In this document: piece by piece, positions 9,615 through 17,964 of the stretch
Layout of the letters: each line of letters begins with the position of its first letter
Numbering within the stretch: the first letter of the stretch is position 1
Virus record (IMG/VR): IMGVR_UViG_3300036406_001093
Location: 1 to 57,536 of that record
Length of the DNA: 57,536 bases
From: a virus
Lineage: Duplodnaviria > Caudoviricetes
Reading direction: 5' to 3' (one strand)
Program-made: the position numbers and the translations under genes
The notes under the pieces: generated by a model
Told to the model about the DNA's origin: nothing
Databases searched by the model: none
The model's input: the letters and a program-made list of their open reading frames with translations, nothing else

Positions 9615-10742
9615 TCAGACGCCCTTGGCGTCCACGAGTTTGAAGAAGTTGCGCGGCGAGACGAATCGCATGTTGGCGAGGACGGACGCGACGTATCTGT
9701 AACTTTGATTCGATTCCGAATAGTACGGCCCCTCGGCCGTGATCAACTGTCCCTCCATGCAGTGGAGGTACATGTTGGCGATCGACAGGCCGTAGCCGCA
9801 GCCCGTGGGCACCGCGTACTCCGTGCTGATCTCGACGCCGTCCTGCTCGAACACGTCCGAGAAGCCGTAGGACTTCAGGCCGTTCGTCCGCGTGACGATC
9901 GTGCGCTCCTTCGAGTCGAGCCGGTTCATGTAGTCGATGAACATGCGCCGGTCGAGCATCACGAGATCGATGGCCGACTCCTTCGAGTCATTGCGCTTCG
10001 ACTGGTGAACGCCCTCGCGGACGGCCTCGACGCACTGGTCCTTCCACGTCGGGGTCTCGCCCTTGAAGAACGAGGACGTGTAGTTGACGATGATCGGGGA
10101 GTAATAGTCATACTCCGGGTCGCACGCGACGTTCGGCCACGATCCCTTCTCCAACTGCGAGCCGGCTTCGGCGCCGAGTTCGGTGGAGAGCGTGGCGTAG
10201 GTGTCCTTCGCCCAGCAGAACGGGTCCTCGGCACGGGCAGCCTTCTCCTGCGCGCCGGTGTCGACGTTCACCGTGCCTTCGTACTGGAACATGGAGTCGA
10301 GGCCGTTGAACCGCAACTCGTTCCCGACGGCGTCCCCGTTGACGTACACCTCACGCGCGAGGTGCTGCTCCATCGACTCCTGAAGACGCGAGGCCATCTT
10401 CCCGGCGACGTTGATGAGCGCCTGCTGGCCGCGGTTCTCCAGCATCTCCCGACGGTAGATCGCGTCGGTGACCTGATAGCCCCGCCAATCGAGTTTGGCG
10501 GTCCTCCAGAGGTTCTGGCGCGCGAAGGTCCGAGCCGTCGTGCCGTCGTTTCCGCTCACGGGCTGATTGCGAAAACGAACCTCCCACGAGAAGCCCCTGC
10601 CCGACTGATTGGTCAGCACGTTGCCCGAACCTTCGAGCGCGGCGAACACGCGGAACTTGCGGAGGACGGCGATCTCCTCCTCGCGGAGGTAGTTGGTGAT
10701 CGTCGTCCCGATCGCGCGTGCCCAATCAGTGGCCGATGCCAT
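9615..10742 (-). CDS. Major capsid protein
   Basis: 375 aa, follows an acidic scaffold-like gene; HK97-like layout with a spine helix (KMASRLQESMEQHLAREVYVNGD). Confidence 0.82.
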   Translation of the reverse strand: MASATDWARAIGTTITNYLREEEIAVLRKFRVFAALEGSGNVLTNQSGRGFSWEVRFRNQPVSGNDGTTARTFARQNLWRTAKLDWRGYQVTDAIYRREMLENRGQQALINVAGKMASRLQESMEQHLAREVYVNGDAVGNELRFNGLDSMFQYEGTVNVDTGAQEKAARAEDPFCWAKDTYATLSTELGAEAGSQLEKGSWPNVACDPEYDYYSPIIVNYTSSFFKGETPTWKDQCVEAVREGVHQSKRNDSKESAIDLVMLDRRMFIDYMNRLDSKERTIVTRTNGLKSYGFSDVFEQDGVEISTEYAVPTGCGYGLSIANMYLHCMEGQLITAEGPYYSESNQSYRYVASVLANMRFVSPRNFFKLVDAKGV

Positions 10743-10764
10743 GCGTGCGTCCTTGTGTTGGGGG

Positions 10765-11850
10765 CTAGATCAGCCCGTCGCCTTCGAGTGTTTGCCGCAG
10801 TCGTTCCTCGAACGATGTCCCGAGGCGCGCTGCCGCCGGGCTGTTCGTCATCGCCCCCGCCCTATTGGCGGTCCGAGACGCGGCACGTCGCAGGTACTCC
10901 ATGTTGGCCTCGGCGTGCGACTGTCTCGGCGCCGGCTGCGGAGCCGGGGGCGCCTGTCGAGTCATCTGCGGGAGCCGACTCTGGAAGTCCTGTTGCTGTG
11001 CCTGTCTCGCCTGAACGCTGCGAGCCTGATGCAGAAGGTCGCGTTCAACCATCTGTAGGGCGTAGTTCCAACGGGCCTCCGGTGAGGAGATGCCCATGGC
11101 CTTTGCCTGCTCGATGTAGTTTCTGGCTGCCTCGCCCTCCGGTGAGACATTCCCACTCTGGTCGTACAGCCAGTCGCGGTTCGACTGTTCGAGGGTGGAG
11201 ACGTACTGCTGCCGCTGCACCTCCTCGAATCGGGCCTGCACGATCTCCTGCGCCTGCTGCTGCGCGAGCCGCGCAACCATGGGAGACAGCGCCTCCTCCG
11301 GGTTGGTCAGGAACTTCTCGGCGAAGTTCTGCCGGTACTGGAAGTACTCGGAGATCGCGTGCCGGGCATCGATCGGCGCGTCCGGCGAGATGGCATCGCG
11401 GCCGTTCTCGTCCTTGACGATGTACCGCTTGTAGGCGTCACGGAGTTGCGGCGGGTTCCACCACGACTCCTGCTGGGGCGCCTGCTGCGGCGGAGCCTGC
11501 TGGGGCTGCTGCTGGCTGCGGGACGCCAGCCACTTCTCGTACTCGGGCCGGTCTTCGAGGTACTGCCGGGTGTGGGGAAGGAGTTGCTGGTACTGGGCCA
11601 GCGCATGGCTCGCCTGCTTCTCCCGCTCCATGGCCTGATAGAGACGGACGGCGATCTCCCGGTCGTCGTCGATGCCTTGGAAGTCGGGCAGCGACCGGAA
11701 GGCGGAAAAGATGTTCTGCTCCGGCGCCTGCTCGTCGATTTGCGGCTCGGGATCGACCTCGGGAGCCTCCTGCTCGGGAGCCTCGTTCCCGATCTCCGGC
11801 AGGTTGTCGTCCTCGACCGGACCGTCCGACATGACTTCTTCGTCGCTCAT
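10765..11850 (-). CDS. Capsid scaffolding protein
   Basis: Acidic/Pro-rich N-terminus, coiled coils, directly upstream of the MCP. Confidence 0.75.
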   Translation of the reverse strand: MSDEEVMSDGPVEDDNLPEIGNEAPEQEAPEVDPEPQIDEQAPEQNIFSAFRSLPDFQGIDDDREIAVRLYQAMEREKQASHALAQYQQLLPHTRQYLEDRPEYEKWLASRSQQQPQQAPPQQAPQQESWWNPPQLRDAYKRYIVKDENGRDAISPDAPIDARHAISEYFQYRQNFAEKFLTNPEEALSPMVARLAQQQAQEIVQARFEEVQRQQYVSTLEQSNRDWLYDQSGNVSPEGEAARNYIEQAKAMGISSPEARWNYALQMVERDLLHQARSVQARQAQQQDFQSRLPQMTRQAPPAPQPAPRQSHAEANMEYLRRAASRTANRAGAMTNSPAAARLGTSFEERLRQTLEGDGLI

Positions 11851-11866
11851 GGGGTTCCCTCGGGGG

Positions 11867-12313
11867 TTACTTGAAGACCTGCGTGCCGTACGGCTGACCG
11901 TCGTTCGTCATCACCACGCCGACGCCGATCTCGGTGTAGTTCGGGTTGAGCATGTTCCGGCGGTGCCCGGGCGAGGCATACCAAGCCTCGACCATGGACT
12001 CGGGCGACTTGTAGTTCCAGATGACGTTCTCGCCCCACCCGGCGGCGCCGGAGTGGTACATGCGCCGCTGTCTGGCCTGCGTGCCGCTCCAGCCGCGGGC
12101 GAACTTCATCGCCTTCTCGGTGACCTTCAGCGGGCGAAGCCCGTGACGACGCCGGATGGCGTTGGTCAGGTCGACGACCTTGTACTCCCACGCACTGCCG
12201 ACGGTGACTCGACGACACATGCCGCCGTTGCACTCGGTCTTGATCAGCCTGTTCTCGGCGGTCGCGCTCTGGCAGAGTGCCAGCACGACCAGCGCAGCAA
12301 GCGCTCGTCTCAT
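11867..12313 (-). CDS. Secreted CAP (SCP/Tpx/PR-1) domain protein
   Basis: Signal peptide; TNAIRRRHGLRPL, MYHS, GENV, AWYASPGHRRNML, IGVG, YGTQVF are canonical CAP motifs. Confidence 0.9.
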   Translation of the reverse strand: MRRALAALVVLALCQSATAENRLIKTECNGGMCRRVTVGSAWEYKVVDLTNAIRRRHGLRPLKVTEKAMKFARGWSGTQARQRRMYHSGAAGWGENVIWNYKSPESMVEAWYASPGHRRNMLNPNYTEIGVGVVMTNDGQPYGTQVFK

Positions 12314-12344
12314 GGTTGCCTCCTGCTCGGTTGGGGCATCGTGT

Positions 12345-12352
12345 TTATGGCG
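12345..12352 (-). promoter_or_regulatory. Putative late promoter motif CGCCATAA (capsid operon)
   Basis: Intergenic, ~32 nt upstream of the ATG at 12313; a variant ACATAA on the plus strand at 12371-12376 precedes the divergent gene. Confidence 0.55.
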
Positions 12353-12383
12353 ACGATCGCAACGAGTGAGACATAAGGAGTGC

Positions 12384-13763
12384 ATGGGAAATCCGAACCA
12401 AGCACACGTCGACAGCGGGCTCGCCCTGACCCGCAAGCACCTGACCGATGTCGTGGGGCGATACCTGCCCGACGAGCCCGACCTCGGGCCCGACCAGATC
12501 GCATCCATCCTGCTCGATGAGCCGGACCATCCGATGCGGGGCTACCTCGTTGAGGCCCTTGACGATGCAATGGTGGCGGCATCGCAGGGCCACTCGCCGG
12601 GCATCACCGCAGACGAGCGCGCAGCCGCGGGCGGCAACTCCGTGCTGCCCGACTACCTGCTCGGCGAGGGAGACCAGCGGCTCTACGGAGTGCTGCGGGA
12701 CAGCAACCTTCTGAACGCCGTCGTCGGCCGCAAGCCGGTGGCGACGGCCCGTGATCTGGAGAAGGCCAACTACCGAACTGCCGAGGATGGCTCGGTAGTT
12801 CCCGATCGGCCTTGGAGCCCCCCTTGGTACGGCGTCGAGCCGTCCGCGGAGCAGCAGAAGTTTGCCGCCGACTACCGCCTCGCGGAGGCAGGGCACGACT
12901 TCGAGCAGGCGGCGAGCATGCCGACCAAGCACTCGACGCTCTTCGGGTCACCGTACCCGCAGAACCAAGTCGTCGGCGAGCCCGAGACCCTCGCCAACTC
13001 GTGGACCAACAACGGCGACGGGGTGGTCGGGAATGCGATCACTCCGTTCGTGACGTGGCCCGAGGCGAGCCGCAGGGCAGTGCGACGAGACGAGCCGGAC
13101 ATTCTCCCGGGAGCAGAGAGCCTCCCGGGGCAGGCCATCAACGTCGCAGGGAAGTGGCTGAAGAACTTCCCCGGGGAGTTGGCGAACGCTGGCGTGCAGG
13201 GCTGGGGGCACACGGCCACCAACAGGGCCAGCCCGCTGGTGCCCCGCGGAGTGAAGGACCCCGAACTTCGTCAGGCGTCCATCGACAACGTGAGGCACTT
13301 CGCCAACTCGGTGCAGGCTCCCGACGTCCATGCGTACGGAGCGTCCAAGGGGATCGGGTACTCGCCCACGGCGGGGTGGCTGTACGACATGCTGCACGAG
13401 TTCGCCGACCCGACCACGCCCGCGATCGGGGTAGGCCGCGGCGCCTACGCAGCAGTGAAGGGCGGCATGCAGGCCGGGTACAGGGGAGTCCTCGGCGGGC
13501 TGCTCAAGGAGGTGCCGAAAGCAGTCGCGGGAGAAGGAGTGGAGGAGGCGTCGAGCCCGACCAACTACGCAGTCGGCGCCCTCTCGTACCCGTTCGCCGA
13601 AGTCGCAAGCAAGCCGACGTGGGGCAAGATGGTCGAGCACGCCCTGACTGCGCCGGAGATCAGCCCAAGTCAGCAGGCGAAGGCGCAGCAGGAGATTGCC
13701 GAGCAGGGGAGGAAGAACGACAACGCTTTCCGCAGCCTCCGCGAGGTGCGCGGGGACTACTAG
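12384..13763 (+). CDS. Hypothetical protein (internal-virion-like composition)
   Basis: AAGGAG RBS, 459 aa, G/A-rich amphipathic C-half. Confidence 0.75.
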   Translation: MGNPNQAHVDSGLALTRKHLTDVVGRYLPDEPDLGPDQIASILLDEPDHPMRGYLVEALDDAMVAASQGHSPGITADERAAAGGNSVLPDYLLGEGDQRLYGVLRDSNLLNAVVGRKPVATARDLEKANYRTAEDGSVVPDRPWSPPWYGVEPSAEQQKFAADYRLAEAGHDFEQAASMPTKHSTLFGSPYPQNQVVGEPETLANSWTNNGDGVVGNAITPFVTWPEASRRAVRRDEPDILPGAESLPGQAINVAGKWLKNFPGELANAGVQGWGHTATNRASPLVPRGVKDPELRQASIDNVRHFANSVQAPDVHAYGASKGIGYSPTAGWLYDMLHEFADPTTPAIGVGRGAYAAVKGGMQAGYRGVLGGLLKEVPKAVAGEGVEEASSPTNYAVGALSYPFAEVASKPTWGKMVEHALTAPEISPSQQAKAQQEIAEQGRKNDNAFRSLREVRGDY

Positions 13764-14028
13764 CCTTCAGGGCCTCGATCTCTTCGAGGGCCAGACGGTA
13801 CTTGGCACTTAGGGCGTACAACTCCGCCCGCACCCCGTCGGCGATCCTGCGCCACTCGTCGGCCTCGCCCGTGATGTGCTCCGCCCGGGCCCGCTCGTAC
13901 CTGTGACCAAGGCGAAGGCGCTCGACCTCGTGCCGCAGGTCGGCGATTTCCGTGCGGGCGTCCTCGGCGGTGGCGTACAGCCGAGGAGTGTAGACCCAGT
14001 CGGCGAGACGTTCGAGGATGTCAGTCAT
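13660..14028 (-). CDS. Coiled-coil hypothetical protein
   Basis: MTDILERL... start with ATGA coupling; EIADLRHEVERLR. Confidence 0.6.
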   Translation of the reverse strand: MTDILERLADWVYTPRLYATAEDARTEIADLRHEVERLRLGHRYERARAEHITGEADEWRRIADGVRAELYALSAKYRLALEEIEALKASSPRAPRGGCGKRCRSSSPARQSPAAPSPADLG

Positions 14029-14423
14029 CGGCGGGGCGCTCCCGTGTGGTCTGGCGTGCATCGCTCCAGCAGCCCGCGGAGCGTGTGAATGTGGTGGAAG
14101 TCCTTGGGATACCAGCGTCCCTCATCGCAAGCCTCGCGGATCGCCTCCCGCTCCTCGTCGGTGAGCGTGAACGGCGTCAGGGAGCAGTACTGCGTCGTGC
14201 GGCCGACGACGTATGGGCACTGCACCGTTTCGCGGCTCTCTACTGCACGACTTCGCAGGCGCTCAATCTCGCGCCGCCGATCTACGGCTAACGTACCTCG
14301 CCTGTCAGCGAGGGCCCGCAGCCGCTTGATCACGGCGGCGGCCTCATCCATGATGTCGGACGCAGGGACGCCAGTGACGTCGTGGGGCCACTTGCGCAGG
14401 CGGTCGACGATGTCGTCAGTCAT
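14025..14423 (-). CDS. Hypothetical protein (DIVxRLR / EIERLR type)
   Basis: Common small phage protein motifs; GAGGTGG RBS. Confidence 0.7.
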   Translation of the reverse strand: MTDDIVDRLRKWPHDVTGVPASDIMDEAAAVIKRLRALADRRGTLAVDRRREIERLRSRAVESRETVQCPYVVGRTTQYCSLTPFTLTDEEREAIREACDEGRWYPKDFHHIHTLRGLLERCTPDHTGAPRR

Positions 14424-14667
14424 GGTTCCACCTCACCGTGATGTAGGTGCCAAGGAACGCGCCGAGCACGAGCGGCACGATGTACAGGGGGTTGTGCGAG
14501 TACGTCAGGATGCCGTACGCCAGCAGCCCGTAGATCACGGAGGAGAGCGCCGCGGCCCGGAACGCCCGGCGGCGGCCGACCTCAAGGATGTAGGCGGCGT
14601 AGAGGATGTCGATCAGCACGTACGTCGCGAAGACGCAGAGCGCGACAAATGGGTCAAAATCGGTCAC
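14416..14667 (-). CDS. Small membrane protein (3 TM)
   Basis: 83 aa, three hydrophobic segments. Confidence 0.7.
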   Translation of the reverse strand: MTDFDPFVALCVFATYVLIDILYAAYILEVGRRRAFRAAALSSVIYGLLAYGILTYSHNPLYIVPLVLGAFLGTYITVRWNHD

Positions 14668-15029
14668 GGCTCGTCCTCCACCCGGATCAGTCCACGGGCC
14701 ACCCGGCTCTGATCAACATCTCCCGCAGCCTCTCGATCTCCTTGCGGAGCCTGCGGTTCTCCTCCTTCAACGACGCCGATGGGTCGGATGAAGATGGGGG
14801 TGCGCTCGCCGACGAAGCAGCAGACGGTGTTGAACTCCAAGAACTCGTCGGCGTCTTCATAGGTCATCCCGTCGCGCCGCATGAGGGCAGCGATGCACTT
14901 CTCGATGTCGTAGACCGCCACGGTCGGGCGGTGCGTGTTCACGGTCAGGCCGATGTAGCCGTCCTCCAGCCCGTCGGCCAGCAGGATGTCGTCGTCGACC
15001 TCGGCGATGGCTTCCTTGTCGATCGGCAT
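14664..15029 (-). CDS. Conserved phage hypothetical protein
   Basis: LADGLEDGYIG...AVYD...A.EFLEFN....VGE.TPIF; AAGGAG RBS. Confidence 0.75.
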   Translation of the reverse strand: MPIDKEAIAEVDDDILLADGLEDGYIGLTVNTHRPTVAVYDIEKCIAALMRRDGMTYEDADEFLEFNTVCCFVGERTPIFIRPIGVVEGGEPQAPQGDREAAGDVDQSRVARGLIRVEDEP

Positions 15030-15068
15030 CGCGACTCCTTCCGTGGCAGCGACTTGAGTTCTTTCGGG

Positions 15069-15114
15069 AAAATGGAAACCAGCCGACCGAGGCTCGGGCT
15101 CCCCGGTCGGCTGG
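15069..15114 (-). terminator. Intrinsic terminator after ssb
   Basis: CCAGCCGACCG/CGGTCGGCTGG stem followed by TTTCCATTTT on the minus strand. Confidence 0.65.
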
Positions 15115-15142
15115 CCCCAACGACCCATCCGTGGGTCAGTCC

Positions 15143-15517
15143 CTAGAATCCCCCCCAGTCCTCGGCGGAGGCGCCTGCCGTCTCGGGCTGGCGCTGGCCG
15201 CGCTTGGGCCACCGCAGCGAGATGCCGATGTCGTCGGCCATGACGGTGACGGCGGTGCGCTCGTTGCCGTCCTTGTCCTGATACTTCTCGACCTCCAGCC
15301 GTCCGGTGACGATCACCCGGTCACCCTGCTGGACCTTCTCGGCGACGAGCGCAGCCATCTCCTTGAAGCACAGCACGCTGACCCACGAGGTCACCGGCTC
15401 GCGGCCCTCCTGCTTCTTGGTGCTGGCGACCGAGAAGCGGCACATCTGCTCTCCGCTCTTGGTCGTCTTGAGTTCGGGCTGCTTGCCCACGTTGCCGTCC
15501 AGTTCGACGCGAATCAT
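15143..15517 (-). CDS. ssb: Single-stranded DNA-binding protein
   Basis: V.L.GNVGKQPELK...FSVAS...W.SV..F...GD.VIV.GRL...Y.DKDG..R OB-fold motifs; C-terminal F. Confidence 0.92.
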   Translation of the reverse strand: MIRVELDGNVGKQPELKTTKSGEQMCRFSVASTKKQEGREPVTSWVSVLCFKEMAALVAEKVQQGDRVIVTGRLEVEKYQDKDGNERTAVTVMADDIGISLRWPKRGQRQPETAGASAEDWGGF

Positions 15518-15626
15518 CACTGACCTCCGTTGGGGTTGGGGAACGACCCGATCGTCGCGCGAGATGCGGCGCCCGTCAATGAGGTCACGGGAGAAAAATC
15601 GCGTGCCGATCACGAGATCCGACGGA

Positions 15627-15632
15627 CCATAA
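15627..15632 (+). promoter_or_regulatory. Putative late promoter motif CCATAA
   Basis: Intergenic, ~45 nt upstream of the PEP-CTERM gene ATG. Confidence 0.45.
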
Positions 15633-15676
15633 AGTCGTTGACCCCGAGCAGACACTCCCGCCTCAAGGTGCCTGCC

Positions 15677-16447
15677 ATGATCCGCTCTCTGCTTCAGACT
15701 GTTGCGTTCGCCATCTCACTCGTCGCCGCGGCCGTGGTTGGTCTCGTGCTGGCGATCGGCGGTGCCTCGTACGCGCTCGGCGGCACGATCACCGGCACGT
15801 CGCAGTACTACGATTCGCCCGCCCGGGTCATGGACTCGGATGACTTTGCGGTGTGGGGCGGGCCCAGCCTCACGGCCAGTGCAGTCAAGGGCACGGGCCT
15901 GATCGACTACACGCTCACTGGCGTCGGCGCTGGTGAGTCGTCGCTCGCCAGCGGCAACTACGCGGCGGTGTTCGGGACCGGGACCTCGTGGACTCCGGGC
16001 GGCATCTACTGGACCGGCAACCAGAACGGCAAGGGCTTCACGCTCACGGTGCCGGGCGATGCCATGGAGGGGAGGACCCTCGGCGTGTGGGTCTTCACGA
16101 ACGGCCCGGCGGGCGGGCGACTGATCGCCAGCGGGGTCGGGTTTGACGGTAGCCCCGTGGGGATGGCCCCGATCCCGATCGAGCCGTACCGCCAGACGCT
16201 GCTGCTCCTCTCGGCCACCGGGCTGGAGTCGGGCTTGTCCGTCACCCTGACCAGCACGAGCAGCGTGTCCAGCGCCTCGGGGCAGTTCGTCCTCGGCGCC
16301 GCAGCGCTGACACCGCTCGCCGTCCCCGAGCCGGAGTACTGGCTGGCGGCTGTCATCTTGCTGTCAGGGGTCGGGGTCTACTGCGTGTTCATGTGGGCCT
16401 CGACCACGTTCATCCACAACGGCGACGGGGACAAGCGGGACCCGTAG
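15677..16447 (+). CDS. PEP-CTERM sorting-domain surface protein
   Basis: Hydrophobic N-terminal signal; G/T/S-rich beta body; AVPEP followed by a TM helix. Confidence 0.75.
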   Translation: MIRSLLQTVAFAISLVAAAVVGLVLAIGGASYALGGTITGTSQYYDSPARVMDSDDFAVWGGPSLTASAVKGTGLIDYTLTGVGAGESSLASGNYAAVFGTGTSWTPGGIYWTGNQNGKGFTLTVPGDAMEGRTLGVWVFTNGPAGGRLIASGVGFDGSPVGMAPIPIEPYRQTLLLLSATGLESGLSVTLTSTSSVSSASGQFVLGAAALTPLAVPEPEYWLAAVILLSGVGVYCVFMWASTTFIHNGDGDKRDP

Positions 16448-16452
16448 CGCCC

Positions 16453-16548
16453 TCACGCCGGCCCGTCGATGAACTCGATCATGGCGTCGAGCAGAGAGAG
16501 CATCTCCGCCTCGCAGTCCTCGTCAGAGATTTGCTCCCAGCACGCCAT
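16453..16548 (-). CDS. 31-aa acidic microprotein
   Basis: MACWEQISDEDCEAEMLSLLDAMIEFIDGPA with GAGGTGG RBS and upstream CGCCATAA. Confidence 0.5.
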   Translation of the reverse strand: MACWEQISDEDCEAEMLSLLDAMIEFIDGPA

Positions 16549-16566
16549 GCGTCCACCTCGTGGTGC

Positions 16567-16574
16567 TTATGGCG
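16567..16574 (-). promoter_or_regulatory. Putative late promoter motif CGCCATAA
   Basis: Intergenic, 18 nt upstream of the ATG at 16548. Confidence 0.5.
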
Positions 16575-16699
16575 TGGGGCGTGTTCGGGAATCGCGAAAC
16601 GCGAAACGTCACCAGACGCAATAGGAGGCGATCTCCCGGCCGATCATCCTCCGGGGGTGTCTGGACAGCCTGAACACCCGTACAGGCCCGGAGAAGCGC

Positions 16700-17212
16700 T
16701 TATAGGGGCTCGCAGCCGGGCAGGCACTTCTGGCCCGGGAGAAAGCGCTGGTCTGCGACGGGCGGGGGAGGGGCTGGCGTCGGGTCCTTGGCGGTCGGTC
16801 TCGGGCGGTGGCGATTGATCAGCATCCAGACCCGGACTCGGTACCACGCGCTCCCGTTCCGCTGCCTAGACCCCCATCGGTTCAGGGCCATGGCAATCCG
16901 CTCCGTGCTCCAGCCGTGCTCCCGGGCAAGCGTGGCGACACGCACTACGGCCATCTCGGCCGGGACCTCTTCGAGTTGCCCGTCACGGCGCACCGAGTAC
17001 CCGTACGGCGGCCTGCCGACCCAGACGCCTTCCTCCCGGCAGCGACTGATCCCCTGCTTGATGAGGGAACCCGGAGCCATGTTCCGGTTGGTGTGATGCG
17101 CCCTGCCGTGGCACCGACCGCAGAGCGGCACCGTCTTCGTGCCACCGCGGGAGCGGGGAACGACGTGGTGGTCGACCTCGGCGGGGGAGCCGCACTCGAA
17201 GCACTCGGGCAT
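16700..17212 (-). CDS. HNH nuclease fused to a serine-recombinase-type DNA-binding (Recombinase) domain
   Basis: CxxC..DHHVVPRSRGG...LCxxCH HNH; G.W.GRPPYGY...E...V......G.S...IA..LN..G......W. Confidence 0.75.
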   Translation of the reverse strand: MPECFECGSPAEVDHHVVPRSRGGTKTVPLCGRCHGRAHHTNRNMAPGSLIKQGISRCREEGVWVGRPPYGYSVRRDGQLEEVPAEMAVVRVATLAREHGWSTERIAMALNRWGSRQRNGSAWYRVRVWMLINRHRPRPTAKDPTPAPPPPVADQRFLPGQKCLPGCEPL

Positions 17213-17653
17213 GCATCGAGTACAGCGCGAGATGTCGCGGTCGCCTATGAGGTTTCGTTTAGGCGCTCTAAGGGCAGCGAAAGATTTTGGACGTCAACTC
17301 GGGAAGGGACGTATGTATGGGCCGGTCGCCGCCGGGGGGGCCGGGGCCGGGGTCGTCCGCTGCCGGGGCCGCGTGGGATGCCCGCGATTCGCGGGGCCGA
17401 CGATGTGCAACGGAGGAACCCCGGTTGCACATGTGCGTATTTCGGCCGTGATTTGTGGCCTTTCCCCCCGCCACTCTGTTTCTGTCCCCGCCGTTCCCAT
17501 TCGCGACATGCGGCGAATGGCGGCCGATTCCCCGCATCGCACGACGTGCCGCGATTCGTGCCGCATTCGTTCGCGGCCGGCTTGTGATTTTGACGGGACG
17601 ACAACACACCGCGACACGCCCCCCGTCATCGTGTCGCAACGGAGGATGCAACC

Positions 17654-17869
17654 ATGGTCCGATTGAACCGCGATGAACTGACTCTGGTGATCGCGGCCCT
17701 TGCCACGATGCGAGGCGAGGCCGAAGCGAACGTGTTCAACATGGACGCCTGCCCCGCAGACCTTCGCGACGACGACGCGATCGCCGCCGCCCGCAGCGTG
17801 ATCGCAGACTTGCAGGCCCTGTCGGATCGCCTCGCGATGGACGCCGTCTACGCCATGCGGGACCGCTGA
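17654..17869 (+). CDS. First early gene, hypothetical
   Basis: GGAGG RBS, 71 aa. Confidence 0.75.
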   Translation: MVRLNRDELTLVIAALATMRGEAEANVFNMDACPADLRDDDAIAAARSVIADLQALSDRLAMDAVYAMRDR

Positions 17870-17964
17870 TCGGCTTGTAGTTTCGACAGACCACCACCAC
17901 CTGCGACGGCCCGCCCGGGAGCGTTTCCCGCGGCGGGCCGTTCGCATTTCAGGAGACCCCTTCG

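Noticed and set aside
8616-11417. 933-aa plus-strand ORF (likewise 36391-39513, 40987-43503, 49634-51229)
   Set aside because: Antisense shadows of real minus-strand genes in high-GC DNA; no motifs
12002-12018. Extra copy of the early motif (GGCGACTTGTAGTT)
   Set aside because: Only the 9-nt core matches, and it is explained by Asn-Tyr-Lys codons of the CAP gene
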